Counted from the stretch's first letter, positions 48,540 through 58,484 are shown. The stretch is 64,000 nt of DNA from Deinococcales bacterium (GCA_043778225.1 JAYWGM010000094.1:90267-154266); one strand, 5' to 3'. Made by a program: numbers and translations. The notes: generated by a model from the sequence alone, not told the origin.

Positions 48540-48847
48540 AATGGTCTACCTTCCTTATTCCAACGGGTGTATTCGGTATGCGTAAAAACAAATAGGATAA
48601 ACAACACACGATACTCAAAATCTATGCGCGTTACGATTCGGTATTTATTGCCCCCGACATCGAAAATAAAAATAATCGTGTCGTCTTTGGCTCGAGCAAT
48701 ATCCACACTTCCAAAGGTCATTTTTAAGGCTGCAAAATGATTTGGGTCAACACTTCGAGCCAATTTGTTCCAGTCGCGCAAAACGCTTTCGGCTTCGGGA
48801 TAAATCATCCAGAATTCGCGTAACGAGCGAAGTGCGATAACATTCAC
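48536..48847 (-). CDS. higB: HigB toxin
   Basis: MNVIA...LREFW, FDVGGNKYRIV..IDF, THTEY. Confidence 0.92.
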   Translation of the reverse strand: MNVIALRSLREFWMIYPEAESVLRDWNKLARSVDPNHFAALKMTFGSVDIARAKDDTIIFIFDVGGNKYRIVTRIDFEYRVLFILFVFTHTEYTRWNKEGRPL

Positions 48848-48890
48848 AACCCAAGAATAGCATAAAAAGCATAATTCAAATCAGACCACG

Positions 48891-49013
48891 TTATGGTGTA
48901 TTTGCTGCAAGGATTTTGTGCATAAAAACAATTTGTGTCTCGGAGTAAGCGGCTCGAGTCAGATTTGTGATGGCATCAGCATCGTTAGAATCGGCTTTTC
49001 TGAAAGTTTTCAT
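48891..49013 (-). pseudogene. Internally deleted GNAT-like remnant (40 aa)
   Basis: N-terminus FRKA...DADAI..LTRAAY joined directly to a C-terminal-like IVFMHKIL; ATGA-coupled to the aminopeptidase. Confidence 0.6.
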
Positions 49014-50263
49014 TGTGGCGTAAACGCCCATTCGCCAGCTTGTAGCAACTCGAGTCTCGAGCCATCTGCCCGAATCCCAACCACTTCCATTTGTGGGCTG
49101 CCAATCATCCAATCCACATGGACTTGGCTGTCGTTTGCGCCGTGTTGGGTCAGTTCTTCTTTGCTCATGGTTGTGCCGCCGTGCAGGGTGTAGGCGTATG
49201 CCCTGCCCATGGCAATATGACAAGCTGCATTTTCGTCAAACAGCGTTTCTTGGAATAAGACCCTACTTTTCGCCACTGGCGAGGACTCGGCAACCAGTGC
49301 AACTTCGCCCAAATGGCTTGCACCTTCGTCGGTCTCGAGCAACTGATGTAGAATGTTCTCGTTGGTGGCTGCGCCTGCCACAACCGCTTTGCCATCCTTA
49401 AAAGTCATGCTAATACCTTCAATAATCTGTCCACTAAACGATAATGGCTTGGTCGAACGCACTGTACCATTGACCCCAAGACGGTGCGGCATGGTAAAAA
49501 CCTCTTCGGTCGGGATATTCGGGACGTACTGAATTGGCATCGGGTGCTTGGGATTGCTGCTGCGACTCGAGCCACCTTCCCAACGGTGCAGTTCGGGTAA
49601 CTGGATGCTTAAATCTGTGCCAGGAGCGTGAAACTCGAGGCGGCGCAAGTTTTGTTGATTTAAGTAATCGCGCCGTGCCTCAAGGTCGGTCAGGTGGGTT
49701 TTCCAAGCAGCTACGGGGTCGGGTTGGTCAGCTCGAGAAGTCATAAAAATGGCATCCCAGAGCTTTTCTAGACCTTCGCTTTCGGGCAAGTGCGGAAAAA
49801 CCCGTTTTGACCAACTTGGCACAGCATAAGCCACAATGCTCCAATTGACTTGTCCAGAACCAAATAACTCGAGGACTTTTTTGCCTCGCATTCCCATGGC
49901 TCGCATCATCGTGCTAACGCGGCTCGAGTCGGCGTGTTCAAAAGCGGCTGGGTCGTTGGCAAGAATGCTGAGGTAGGCATCGCCGCGTTCGGCAGCTGAC
50001 TCCATGGTTTGGTAGCGCAGTTCAGACACTTCGGATAAGTCAGCTTCGGTGCTGTGCAGTAAGCGCTCGAGCGTGGATAAATCATCCATCCAAATGGTGT
50101 CCACCAAACTTGCCCCAGCTTTATAAGCGGCTCTGGCAATCAGGCGCACCAAAGGCGCAGACTCGAGCGGGGCGCGGATGTACAAACGCTGACCGGGATG
50201 GACATTGTTACCGACCCGCACCGCTAAGGTTGCCAAGTTCTCGAGTTTATTTTGGAAATTCAT
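49010..50263 (-). CDS. M29 aminopeptidase (AmpS/AmpT type)
   Basis: PNIPTEEVFT.P, LGEVALV, LFDENAACHIA.G, HVDWMIG; start from TAGACT-N5-ATG. Confidence 0.94.
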   Translation of the reverse strand: MNFQNKLENLATLAVRVGNNVHPGQRLYIRAPLESAPLVRLIARAAYKAGASLVDTIWMDDLSTLERLLHSTEADLSEVSELRYQTMESAAERGDAYLSILANDPAAFEHADSSRVSTMMRAMGMRGKKVLELFGSGQVNWSIVAYAVPSWSKRVFPHLPESEGLEKLWDAIFMTSRADQPDPVAAWKTHLTDLEARRDYLNQQNLRRLEFHAPGTDLSIQLPELHRWEGGSSRSSNPKHPMPIQYVPNIPTEEVFTMPHRLGVNGTVRSTKPLSFSGQIIEGISMTFKDGKAVVAGAATNENILHQLLETDEGASHLGEVALVAESSPVAKSRVLFQETLFDENAACHIAMGRAYAYTLHGGTTMSKEELTQHGANDSQVHVDWMIGSPQMEVVGIRADGSRLELLQAGEWAFTPQ

Positions 50264-50342
50264 AAGGCAGTCTAACGTGCTTTCAAATTGCAAGAAGGTC
50301 GCCAAGCAAAAGCTCTGAGGGTAAGTGGTAGTTGGAGATTTT

Positions 50343-51353
50343 TTATTTGGCAAAATTTTTAAGTACCTCGAGCAAAGCAAAATAAGCTGGTTTTGGTTCA
50401 TAGCTCGAGTCAAATGGCAGTGGCGAACTGCCCGCCCGCCATGAGAAAGCATCGGTAAAACCCCAAGTGATAAAAGCTGTACACTTGACGGCTAAACAGG
50501 TTTTTAGTAAATCACTATAAACCTTGGCTTGGGCTGCCAGACGCTCTGGTTTAGGAGCAGTGCCACTGAGTTGCACATCCACTTCGGTCAGTTGTACCTC
50601 GAGACCTAAATCACGAAAACGCTGATAATTTTCTTGGGTGCGCTGCTGTGTCACATTATAGGTGCTATCTAAGTGAGCTTGGAAACCAACGCCATCTATC
50701 GGTACACCTTGGGCTTTTAATTTTTTGACCATTTCATAGACCGCCGTGGATTTGGTGTTGATGCCATCGGTGTTGTAATCGTTGTAAAAAAGTTTGGCTT
50801 TGGGGTCTGCTTCTCGCGCCCAACGAAAAACATCGGCAATAAAATCTGCACCAAGTAGCTTATAAAACGGCGAAGCCCGATATGTGCCGTCCTCGAGAAT
50901 CGCTTCGTTTAAGACATCCCAAGCAAAGACTTGACCACGAAAATGAGCCGCCACCGTCTGGACGTGTTCTTTAAGGACGGCTCGCATCTCGTTTTTGTCT
51001 TTAATGGTTAAAACCCATGAGGGCAGTTGTTCGTGCCAAACAAGTGTATGACCACGCACGGCTTGTTTATTTTTTGCGGCAAAGGCAATCATTCCATCGG
51101 CAGCATTAAAACTAAATTTGCCGCGCCCCGAAGACAGCGCCGACCATTTCATGATGTTTTCTGCCACAATCATGTTGTACTCTCGAGCCAGCACAATCGC
51201 ATAATCTGGCTCGGTGGTGTCATAAAAAATCGGAGCAACAGCCGCACCCATATACAGACCTCGAGCCTCAGCAAGACTACGCAGGGTTGGCGCTTGGGCG
51301 GCAGTGACGGTTAAACCCAGACAACCAAGCAAGACCAGAAAAAACTTTTTCAT
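50343..51353 (-). CDS. GH10 endo-1,4-beta-xylanase
   Basis: Signal peptide; EN.MKW, RGHTLVWH, WDVLNE, YNDYN, TE.D. Confidence 0.94.
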   Translation of the reverse strand: MKKFFLVLLGCLGLTVTAAQAPTLRSLAEARGLYMGAAVAPIFYDTTEPDYAIVLAREYNMIVAENIMKWSALSSGRGKFSFNAADGMIAFAAKNKQAVRGHTLVWHEQLPSWVLTIKDKNEMRAVLKEHVQTVAAHFRGQVFAWDVLNEAILEDGTYRASPFYKLLGADFIADVFRWAREADPKAKLFYNDYNTDGINTKSTAVYEMVKKLKAQGVPIDGVGFQAHLDSTYNVTQQRTQENYQRFRDLGLEVQLTEVDVQLSGTAPKPERLAAQAKVYSDLLKTCLAVKCTAFITWGFTDAFSWRAGSSPLPFDSSYEPKPAYFALLEVLKNFAK

Positions 51354-51354
51354 T

Positions 51355-52515
51355 TTATGTCCCCTTTGCAAACTCGAGGGCGGCACTGGCTAGTAATTCG
51401 GTGGCAAGCGGCAAGCAGCCTCTATCATCAATGTCAAATTTAGGATGATGATGTGGATACCCCGCGCCACTGCCAACCAAGAAGTAAACCCCCGGCACTC
51501 GAGCCAAAAATTCGGCAACATCATCGCCGCCCATGGTTTGGTTTGGGGTATGAACTTCGGGGACAATGCCAAGGGCAGTTTTGATAAAACGCTCGGTCAG
51601 GGCAAGGTCGTTGACCACTGGTGGCACACCAGTTATCCACTCGAGCCGTGCCGAACCACCAAAGGCAGTGGCGATGCTGGTGCAAAGTGTTTCGATACGA
51701 CTCTGGAGTTTAGTGCGTAATTCGGGGTCAAAGGTTCGCAACGTACAACGAAGCTCGATGCTGTCTGGAATAATGTTGTACGCCCCTTCACCAGCCAGAA
51801 TCGTACAGACCGAAATAACACTCGAGAATTGCGGGTCGGTCTCACGGCTGACAATGGTTTGTAATGCCAGCACAAGCTGCGAGCCAATCACAATTGGGTC
51901 TACACACTGGTGCGGCGAAGCAGCATGACCACCCTTACCTTGAATAAAGACACTAAAGGCATCTGCCGAAGCAAAACTTGCCCCGGCTCGAGCGCCAACC
52001 CAACCGACGGGTTTATCGTTCCAGAGGTGCAAGCCGACCACTGCATCTATGCCAAGCAGTAAATCTGGTTTGTCCTCGAGCATCGCTTTTGCCCCAGACA
52101 CAATTTCCTCGGCAGGCTGAAAAACAAAGCGAAAATTGCCCTCGAGTTCGGCTTGGTGTTTGGCAAAAATACTCGCCACGTGCATCGTAATACTGGCATG
52201 ACCATCATGACCACAAGCGTGCATTGCGCCAGCCTTGAGTGAGGCATATTCTGCGCCCGTCTGCTCAGTAAATGGCAAGGCATCTATGTCGGCGCGAATC
52301 AGCACAGTTTTACCGGGTTTGCCGCCCTGCAAGTCGGCAACCAGACCGGTTTTACCAATGTTGCGCTGCACCGTTAAGCCCAGTTGCTCGAGATGCGCCG
52401 CAATAATCCCACTGGTGCGGACTTCTTCAAAGGCAATTTCGGGATGCTGGTGAAAATCACGGCGCACCGCCACAAGGCTATCGGTTTGGGCGGCAACTTC
52501 GGCTTTTAGGTTCAT
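51355..52515 (-). CDS. M20D amidohydrolase
   Basis: H.HPE..FEE, RAD.DALP, HACGHD.H, FQPAEE, GGHA, HHP.F. Confidence 0.93.
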   Translation of the reverse strand: MNLKAEVAAQTDSLVAVRRDFHQHPEIAFEEVRTSGIIAAHLEQLGLTVQRNIGKTGLVADLQGGKPGKTVLIRADIDALPFTEQTGAEYASLKAGAMHACGHDGHASITMHVASIFAKHQAELEGNFRFVFQPAEEIVSGAKAMLEDKPDLLLGIDAVVGLHLWNDKPVGWVGARAGASFASADAFSVFIQGKGGHAASPHQCVDPIVIGSQLVLALQTIVSRETDPQFSSVISVCTILAGEGAYNIIPDSIELRCTLRTFDPELRTKLQSRIETLCTSIATAFGGSARLEWITGVPPVVNDLALTERFIKTALGIVPEVHTPNQTMGGDDVAEFLARVPGVYFLVGSGAGYPHHHPKFDIDDRGCLPLATELLASAALEFAKGT

Positions 52516-52532
52516 GGCTCGAGTATAACTGT

Positions 52533-53426
52533 TTAGTGCAAGTGCCGTGTGCGCTGTAACTCGAGATAAGCCGTAGGAATCATGGCGAGTTTTTTCTGCC
52601 CCGAAATATGGGCGCGTTTATTGAAATTGTCAAAACCATTGAGCTCGAGCGCCCCAAGAATTGCCTCATAAGATTTAGCAGCCACCGCCACCGCGATTCG
52701 GGCTGGACCGTGCAGATGCGGCAAGCCCTTCCAGCCTTCGCGGTAGAGTTGCCGCGCAATACAATCAAGTTCGCGCATTAAAGCAATATAATTGGGTGTG
52801 ACCCGACGCTGCTCGAGGTCAAAAGCCGTCACGCCATGTTTTGCCATCAGGTCTATCGGCAAGTAAATTCTGCCACGGTCAAGGTCTTCGCCAACATCGC
52901 GCAAGATATTGGTAATCTGCATCGCCATCCCCAGTTTCAGGGCTTGCTCGAGAGTCGCTTGCCCACCATCAAAGCCAGCAATGGGCGTAATCATCCAGCC
53001 GACCACACCAGCCACACGGCGGCAGTAAAGCATCAGTTCTTCGAGCGTTTGGTAGTGGTGGGCAACCAAATCCATCTCGAGACCAAGATAAAGTTCATGA
53101 AAAGGTGCATAAGTAATCGGATATTGACTGGCAGCCCATGCTAAGCCCTGCGCCATTGGGTGGTTGTCTGGTTTTCCTGCTAACGCATTTTCAACTCGAG
53201 TCCGCCATACTTCTAAAGCATCTCGAGCCGCTTGTCCGCTCAGTTCGTCTACGGTATCGTCGCCAATCCGACAAGCCGCATAGACCGACCAGACCGCTTG
53301 ACGCTGCTGCATTGGAAAAAAGCAACTGCCAAAATAAAAGGTCTTGCTGTGGTGCGAAGTGATACCGCGACAATACCCGATTGCCTCTTTGGGCGCAGTT
53401 TTTGATTGGTCTGTGTTGGTCTGCAT
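52533..53426 (-). CDS. crtB: Phytoene synthase
   Basis: HSKTFY, DDTVD, YC.RVAG.VG, Q.TNILRDVGED..RGRIYLP. Confidence 0.92.
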   Translation of the reverse strand: MQTNTDQSKTAPKEAIGYCRGITSHHSKTFYFGSCFFPMQQRQAVWSVYAACRIGDDTVDELSGQAARDALEVWRTRVENALAGKPDNHPMAQGLAWAASQYPITYAPFHELYLGLEMDLVAHHYQTLEELMLYCRRVAGVVGWMITPIAGFDGGQATLEQALKLGMAMQITNILRDVGEDLDRGRIYLPIDLMAKHGVTAFDLEQRRVTPNYIALMRELDCIARQLYREGWKGLPHLHGPARIAVAVAAKSYEAILGALELNGFDNFNKRAHISGQKKLAMIPTAYLELQRTRHLH

Positions 53427-53511
53427 GGCTCTCGTGTAATAGATTAACCCAGCTTGGCTAGACAATATACTGCTTTTGCTTACGATTGCTAAGAACCAAA
53501 TAGGGTAGTCG

Positions 53512-54321
53512 TCAGTATTCGATGGTCGTGAGTTTACTCAGTTCGGTCAGTACCGAAACCGCATCTGGATACCGTGCTGTCGGGTCTTTTTGTAATAAAC
53601 GCATCGCCACCCGATCCAAAACATGGGAAATTCTACCATCGCGCACACTCGAGGGTTCGGGCGGCACAACCTCGAGGTGGGCTTGTAAGACTTCTTGTGG
53701 CTCACCGTCAAATGGGTGTTGGGCGGTAATCCCCCAGTAGAGCATCACCCCAGCACTGTACAAATCTGCGGCTGGCGATAATGGCAAGCCTTGAATGGCT
53801 TCTGGCGAAATATACGCCACTGTGCCGGGCGTGATTCGGTCTCTGAATAATTCCAAAGTCGGACCAGACAAATCGTAGTCAATCAATTTGACCTCGAGTC
53901 CACTGGGCGAGTCCCCCGGCGAAACCACCAAATTCTCGGGCTTAAAATCCCGATGCACCATCCCTTGGCTGTGCATATGCGATAAACCCTCGAGTGCCTG
54001 CGAAAAAACCGCCAGAAACTGGGTTAAACCATGCTGCGAGACATATTCCGAGAAACGCACCCCCGGTGCAAACGGCATTAAAACCCCCGGCTGCCCCTCA
54101 ACCACAATCCGCGCCATGACTGGATTGACATTTTTGTGCCGCAAACGGCTGCCAACCAAATACTCACGGTCGGCTCGAGAAGCCAATTCTGGCGGGAATA
54201 ATTTAACCGCAAAGGGCGCTCCAAACATATCGAATGCCAAATAAACAACGCTCGATGTGCCACGGGCAATCGGGCGCACAATGCGGTATTTATCGAGCAG
54301 CACAGTTCCCGAAATTGCCAT
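53512..54321 (-). CDS. Hanks-type Ser/Thr protein kinase (kinase domain only)
   Basis: AVK, HRDFKPEN, GT..Y.SPE, DLYS.G; DFG replaced by DYD. Confidence 0.9.
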   Translation of the reverse strand: MAISGTVLLDKYRIVRPIARGTSSVVYLAFDMFGAPFAVKLFPPELASRADREYLVGSRLRHKNVNPVMARIVVEGQPGVLMPFAPGVRFSEYVSQHGLTQFLAVFSQALEGLSHMHSQGMVHRDFKPENLVVSPGDSPSGLEVKLIDYDLSGPTLELFRDRITPGTVAYISPEAIQGLPLSPAADLYSAGVMLYWGITAQHPFDGEPQEVLQAHLEVVPPEPSSVRDGRISHVLDRVAMRLLQKDPTARYPDAVSVLTELSKLTTIEY

Positions 54322-54342
54322 TGTCCAACACAATAGCAAAAA

Positions 54343-55371
54343 TCAGCGCACCACAATACGACCATTGCTGGTACGCACCTCGAGAACCGCCATTCCAAAG
54401 CCATTTTTACGGGCTTCAAAACGCTGCTGCTCGAGTTGTACCTCGAATCCGGGCAAATCCACATCAATTGCCGAGTTATTGGTCTGCCCACGAATCGTTA
54501 AGCCACTGCTGGCGCTGATTGTCTCGAGTTGGACTGCGCCATTGCTGCTTTCTAAACTTGAAGTGGTGTTGTTTTGTAAAACAACCTGCTCGAGTTGTAA
54601 ATCAGCGTTGCTCGTCTCGAGCGCCAAGCGCACTTGTGCGCCTTGTGAAACTCGAATTTTGGCATTGCTGGTTTTGGCGCTTATTTCGCCAGATAAGCGC
54701 TCAAGGATAATTTCAGCATTGCTGGTCTCGAGCTTGGCATTTAATTTTCCAGCATCGCGCAACTCAATCCGACCATTGCTGGTTTTGGCAATCAATGTCT
54801 TGACCAGCCCTTCGATACGAATATCGCCATTGCTGCTTTGTAAATTCAAAAATAAATTGGGTGGCACATCCAAGACCATATTGACCCCACTCGAGAAACT
54901 AAAAAATGGACGACGAGCCAACAAGAGTAAGGTTTGTCCACGCTTCTCGAGTGCCACACTTGCGCCACCTTTGCGTTCTAAACGCAGGTCGCCACCTATC
55001 TCTCGGACTTGAATTCGTAGATTGCCGTTAAAGCCACGAATCTCGAGCCGTTGTATTCCAGCCCAATCTATGGACTGCAAATCGCTTGGGTCGTTTCGCA
55101 AACTTGGGCTGAGGGTGCGTGGATTCCAAGCCCCAGCCGTCAGCACCCCACCCGCCAGCGCCACCACTGCCCAGAGAATAGCGGTGTTTGGTTTTAAGCG
55201 CTTGGCTAAGAAAAAACCTGCAATCAGCAAAAGCCAGAGCCACCAGAGTGTGCCAAGTGGCGTGAACAGCAGCGCCAACAAAAATGCACCAAGCGGCAAC
55301 CAAGAAGTGCTTTGATTGATTTGCTCGAGCCAATTTAGGACTCGAGTCTCTCTGGGAAATTCGGGCTTCAT
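54343..55371 (-). CDS. DUF4097 (YvlB/LiaX-like) membrane-anchored beta-repeat protein
   Basis: N-terminal TM helices and repeated TSNG.I motifs. Confidence 0.88.
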   Translation of the reverse strand: MKPEFPRETRVLNWLEQINQSTSWLPLGAFLLALLFTPLGTLWWLWLLLIAGFFLAKRLKPNTAILWAVVALAGGVLTAGAWNPRTLSPSLRNDPSDLQSIDWAGIQRLEIRGFNGNLRIQVREIGGDLRLERKGGASVALEKRGQTLLLLARRPFFSFSSGVNMVLDVPPNLFLNLQSSNGDIRIEGLVKTLIAKTSNGRIELRDAGKLNAKLETSNAEIILERLSGEISAKTSNAKIRVSQGAQVRLALETSNADLQLEQVVLQNNTTSSLESSNGAVQLETISASSGLTIRGQTNNSAIDVDLPGFEVQLEQQRFEARKNGFGMAVLEVRTSNGRIVVR

Positions 55372-55381
55372 GGTGCTAGTC

Positions 55382-55408
55382 TACGAGATTTTATATGAAA
55401 TGGTTGCA
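55382..55408 (-). promoter_or_regulatory. ECF-type promoter candidate
   Basis: TGCAACC-N16-CGTA, 10 nt before the ATG at 55371. Confidence 0.55.
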
Positions 55409-55448
55409 AAGGACACCTAGGCTCATGGTTGCAAAGGACACCTAGGCT
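55400..55448. repeat. 25-bp tandem duplication
   Basis: ATGGTTGCAAAGGACACCTAGGCT at 55400 and 55425. Confidence 0.9.
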
Positions 55449-55467
55449 GATGCTCGAGCTACTGCTG

Positions 55468-56958
55468 TCACTCGAGTTGACTCAAAACCATCGCCGCTTG
55501 CTCGAGAATCGCTTTTTTATCGTCTGTGTGGCGCTTGTTCCAATTGGCAACCATCAGGCTCATGCGTGGATTACTCGAGAGACTGATAAGGTGCTGGTCA
55601 ATAAAATTCCAGTACAAACTGTTAAACGGGCAAGCGCTCGAGCCGATTGTTTCTTTGGGGTTATACACACAGTGTTGGCAGTGATTGCTCATTCGGGCGA
55701 TGTAGCCAGCCCCACTGATGTATGGCTTGGAGGTAAATGTACCACCATCGGCATACTGACTCATACCAATCACGTTGGGCGTAACCACCCAATCAAAGGC
55801 ATCCACAAAACCGAGTAAAAACCAGTCGTTAATTGCCTGCGGACGGATTCCTGCCAACAAGGCAAAATTGCCGAGTACCATCAAGCGTTGGATGTGGTGA
55901 GCATGACCCGTATCCCAGACTTGCTGCACAGCTTGTGAGACACAACGCATTGGGGTCTTGGCATTCCAATAAAAATCGGGCAATACTCGAGTCTGGTTGT
56001 ACTGGTTGGCGGCTCGAAAGTCGGGCATCAGGGTGTCGTAGACATGGTGCATAAATTCGCGCCAGCCAAGTATCTGACGGATAAATCCCTCCAAACTGGG
56101 CAATGGAACTTGACCAAGATACGCCAGCGCCGCTTCACAGACTTCTTGGGGGCTTAATAAGCCAATGTTGATGGCGGGCGAAAGCAGGCTGTGATAAAGC
56201 TGGGTTTCACCGTCTACCATCGCGTCCTCGTAAGCCCCAAAATAATAAAGCCGAAACTCGAGAAAGTGTGCCAAGGCTTCTAGGGCTTGTTCTCGAGTGA
56301 CCGCCCAAGAAAAATTTTCTAAGCTGCCAAAGTGGTCGGGAAAGTGTTCTTCGACAAATTCTTTGGTCTCGAGCGTCAAGCTGTCTGGAGCAAAGTCCAA
56401 TTTTGGTGGGAAAAGATGATTTTTTGGCGGCACTTGGCGGTTTTCGGAGTCAAAATTCCATTGTCCACCAAGCGGCTCTGCCCCGTCCATCAGCCAGCCA
56501 GTCTTGCGCCGCATTTGGCGATAAAAAAATTCCATGCGGTAGGTTTTTTTGCCCTTTGCATAGCTTGCCCAGTCGGCTTGGGAGGACAACCAAAGCGTGT
56601 TTGGCACAACCTTTAATTCTCCGCCCAGATTGGCAACAAGGCTCGAGATTCTTTGGGTCATGCCATATTCGGCACTTTGCATCAACGTTATCACGGCTTT
56701 AGGAAATGCCTCGAGATAGGCTGCCAAGCCAGCTTCAAAACTTGGGAATTGCCCGTAAATAACACAAAAGCCTTTTGCCTCGAGTGCCAGCTTAAAATGG
56801 CGCATGGCGCTTAAAACCATCAATAATTTTTGCTTATGAAATTTAAGATGGCTGCTTCGGGCGGTACTTTCAATCATCAAGACTTGGGTTTGGCTTGGCT
56901 CGAGCTTATCAAAGCGTGCCAGATTTAATTGGTCGCCCAGAACAAAAATATGCTGCAT
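55468..56958 (-). CDS. Cryptochrome/photolyase of the FeS-BCP (bacterial 6-4 photolyase) type
   Basis: LGDQL, HKQK, SAMRHF, GGQWNFD.ENR, EGFIRQILGWRE, HHIQRLM, four Cys (MRC, CQHC, ACPF). Confidence 0.92.
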   Translation of the reverse strand: MQHIFVLGDQLNLARFDKLEPSQTQVLMIESTARSSHLKFHKQKLLMVLSAMRHFKLALEAKGFCVIYGQFPSFEAGLAAYLEAFPKAVITLMQSAEYGMTQRISSLVANLGGELKVVPNTLWLSSQADWASYAKGKKTYRMEFFYRQMRRKTGWLMDGAEPLGGQWNFDSENRQVPPKNHLFPPKLDFAPDSLTLETKEFVEEHFPDHFGSLENFSWAVTREQALEALAHFLEFRLYYFGAYEDAMVDGETQLYHSLLSPAINIGLLSPQEVCEAALAYLGQVPLPSLEGFIRQILGWREFMHHVYDTLMPDFRAANQYNQTRVLPDFYWNAKTPMRCVSQAVQQVWDTGHAHHIQRLMVLGNFALLAGIRPQAINDWFLLGFVDAFDWVVTPNVIGMSQYADGGTFTSKPYISGAGYIARMSNHCQHCVYNPKETIGSSACPFNSLYWNFIDQHLISLSSNPRMSLMVANWNKRHTDDKKAILEQAAMVLSQLE

Positions 56959-57023
56959 GACTCGAGCCTAACGGGTTTTTGGTTTTTTTATTGTAACGCC
57001 ACGACTTTTTTTAAGTACATCCC

Positions 57024-57146
57024 CAAAATGTTTCAGCGTTCTTTGCTGAAACATTTTGCGACTAATAGGAGTAAGGAAAGCGTATCTCACGCCGTAATGA
57101 TAGATTTGCCGTTTTTTGAAAAATCTAAAATGCAGGCGTGAGATAT
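57024..57146 (+). other. Structured intergenic element, copy B
   Basis: 14-bp perfect hairpin, linker CGACTAATAGGAGTA, 11-bp stem TATCTCACGCC/GGCGTGAGATA enclosing TTTGCCGTTTTTTG. Confidence 0.6.
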
Positions 57147-58352
57147 TTAAGGCTCGAGGTTGAGTTGGCGCAATTTTGGGGCATAAAAAGCCGTAGCAGC
57201 CACCACCAAAAGCGTCACAATGCCACCCATCCAAACACTACGGCTTGTGCCGAGTAATTTTGCAGCCACACCACTCTCGAGCGCCCCAAGCTCGTTGCTT
57301 GCGCCAATAAAAATACTCGAGACACTGGCAATTCTGCCGCGCATATGCTCAGGCGACTCTAAACGCACAATACTTTTACGAATCACCATGCTGTAGCCGT
57401 CAAAAACCCCACTAAGCATTAAAGTAAAAAGGGTCAGATAAAAATTGGTGGATAAGGCAAAAACAATCATCGTACAACCAAATGCCGCCACACAAAGCAT
57501 AAAATTGCGCCCAGCATTCTTGCCTGGCGGATGGTGGGCGGCAAACAACATGATACCCAAAGCCCCAACCGATGGCGCTGCCACCAAGAAACCAAAACCA
57601 CTTGCACCAACATTAAGAATTTCGTTGGCAAAAATTGGCAGCAGGGCAATTGCGCCGCCAAATAAAACCGCAAATAAATCAAGTGCCATCGAACCCAGTA
57701 AAATTTGATTGCCGGTCACAAATTTGACCCCTAAGGCAATACTCTCGAGCATCCGTTCGCCTTTGGGTGGAATTGGCTTGGGCTTTTTGGCAATTAAAAA
57801 CACACACAAAAGCGCCACAAAGTACAACCCTGCAATCAATAAAAATGTGTGGCTCGAGCCAAGTGCATCAAAAGCAAAGCCACCCAAGGCAGGACCGACA
57901 ATACCGCAACCAATCCAAGAAGCTGACAGCCAACTCGAAGCCACGATTGTTAGGTGCTTTGGTACAACCTGAGCCTCAAGGGCGGCTAAAGCTGGACTCG
58001 AGAAACCACGCGCAATTCCAATAATAAAGACAATGCTGTACAACGACACCAAACTCGAGTTACCAAATAAAGCAAACAAAACACTGGCTAAAATCATCGT
58101 TAAAGTGGTGACCAGCACAATCCCACGCCGCTCGAGGCGGTCTGCAACAAAGCCACCAATGAGCGCTAAACCAAGGGCTGGAATGGCTTCGACCAAGCCC
58201 AGTAAGCCCAATGCCAAGGGGTCTTTGGCAAGTTGATAGACTTGATAACCAATCACCGCCCCAAGCGCACTAGAAGCCAGCACACTCGAGGCAACCGCAA
58301 ACAACAAGGCTCTGACTTCTGGTAACTCTAAAGGCGCATAAGGTGAACTCAC
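57147..58352 (-). CDS. MFS transporter
   Basis: About 12 TM helices, GG.VADR..RR, LDLFAVLFGG..ALLP, MRGR. Confidence 0.93.
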   Translation of the reverse strand: MSSPYAPLELPEVRALLFAVASSVLASSALGAVIGYQVYQLAKDPLALGLLGLVEAIPALGLALIGGFVADRLERRGIVLVTTLTMILASVLFALFGNSSLVSLYSIVFIIGIARGFSSPALAALEAQVVPKHLTIVASSWLSASWIGCGIVGPALGGFAFDALGSSHTFLLIAGLYFVALLCVFLIAKKPKPIPPKGERMLESIALGVKFVTGNQILLGSMALDLFAVLFGGAIALLPIFANEILNVGASGFGFLVAAPSVGALGIMLFAAHHPPGKNAGRNFMLCVAAFGCTMIVFALSTNFYLTLFTLMLSGVFDGYSMVIRKSIVRLESPEHMRGRIASVSSIFIGASNELGALESGVAAKLLGTSRSVWMGGIVTLLVVAATAFYAPKLRQLNLEP

Positions 58353-58484
58353 GAGTCATATCTTGACATAAGGACACAGGCTCAAGTGCATAAACTTGAC
58401 GAATAGAGAATACCGTGCTACTATTATCGCTATCAGCAGCCGAAAAGGGCTGTTTTTTTATGGCTCAAAACTTTCGGCACAACT

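Noticed and set aside
48858..48874. RDRM at the higBA promoter
   Set aside because: Only one half-site matches
54257..55012. 251-aa plus-strand ORF
   Set aside because: Antisense shadow of the DUF4097 gene; likewise 4005-4679, 1831-2463 and 38168-38842 shadow real genes
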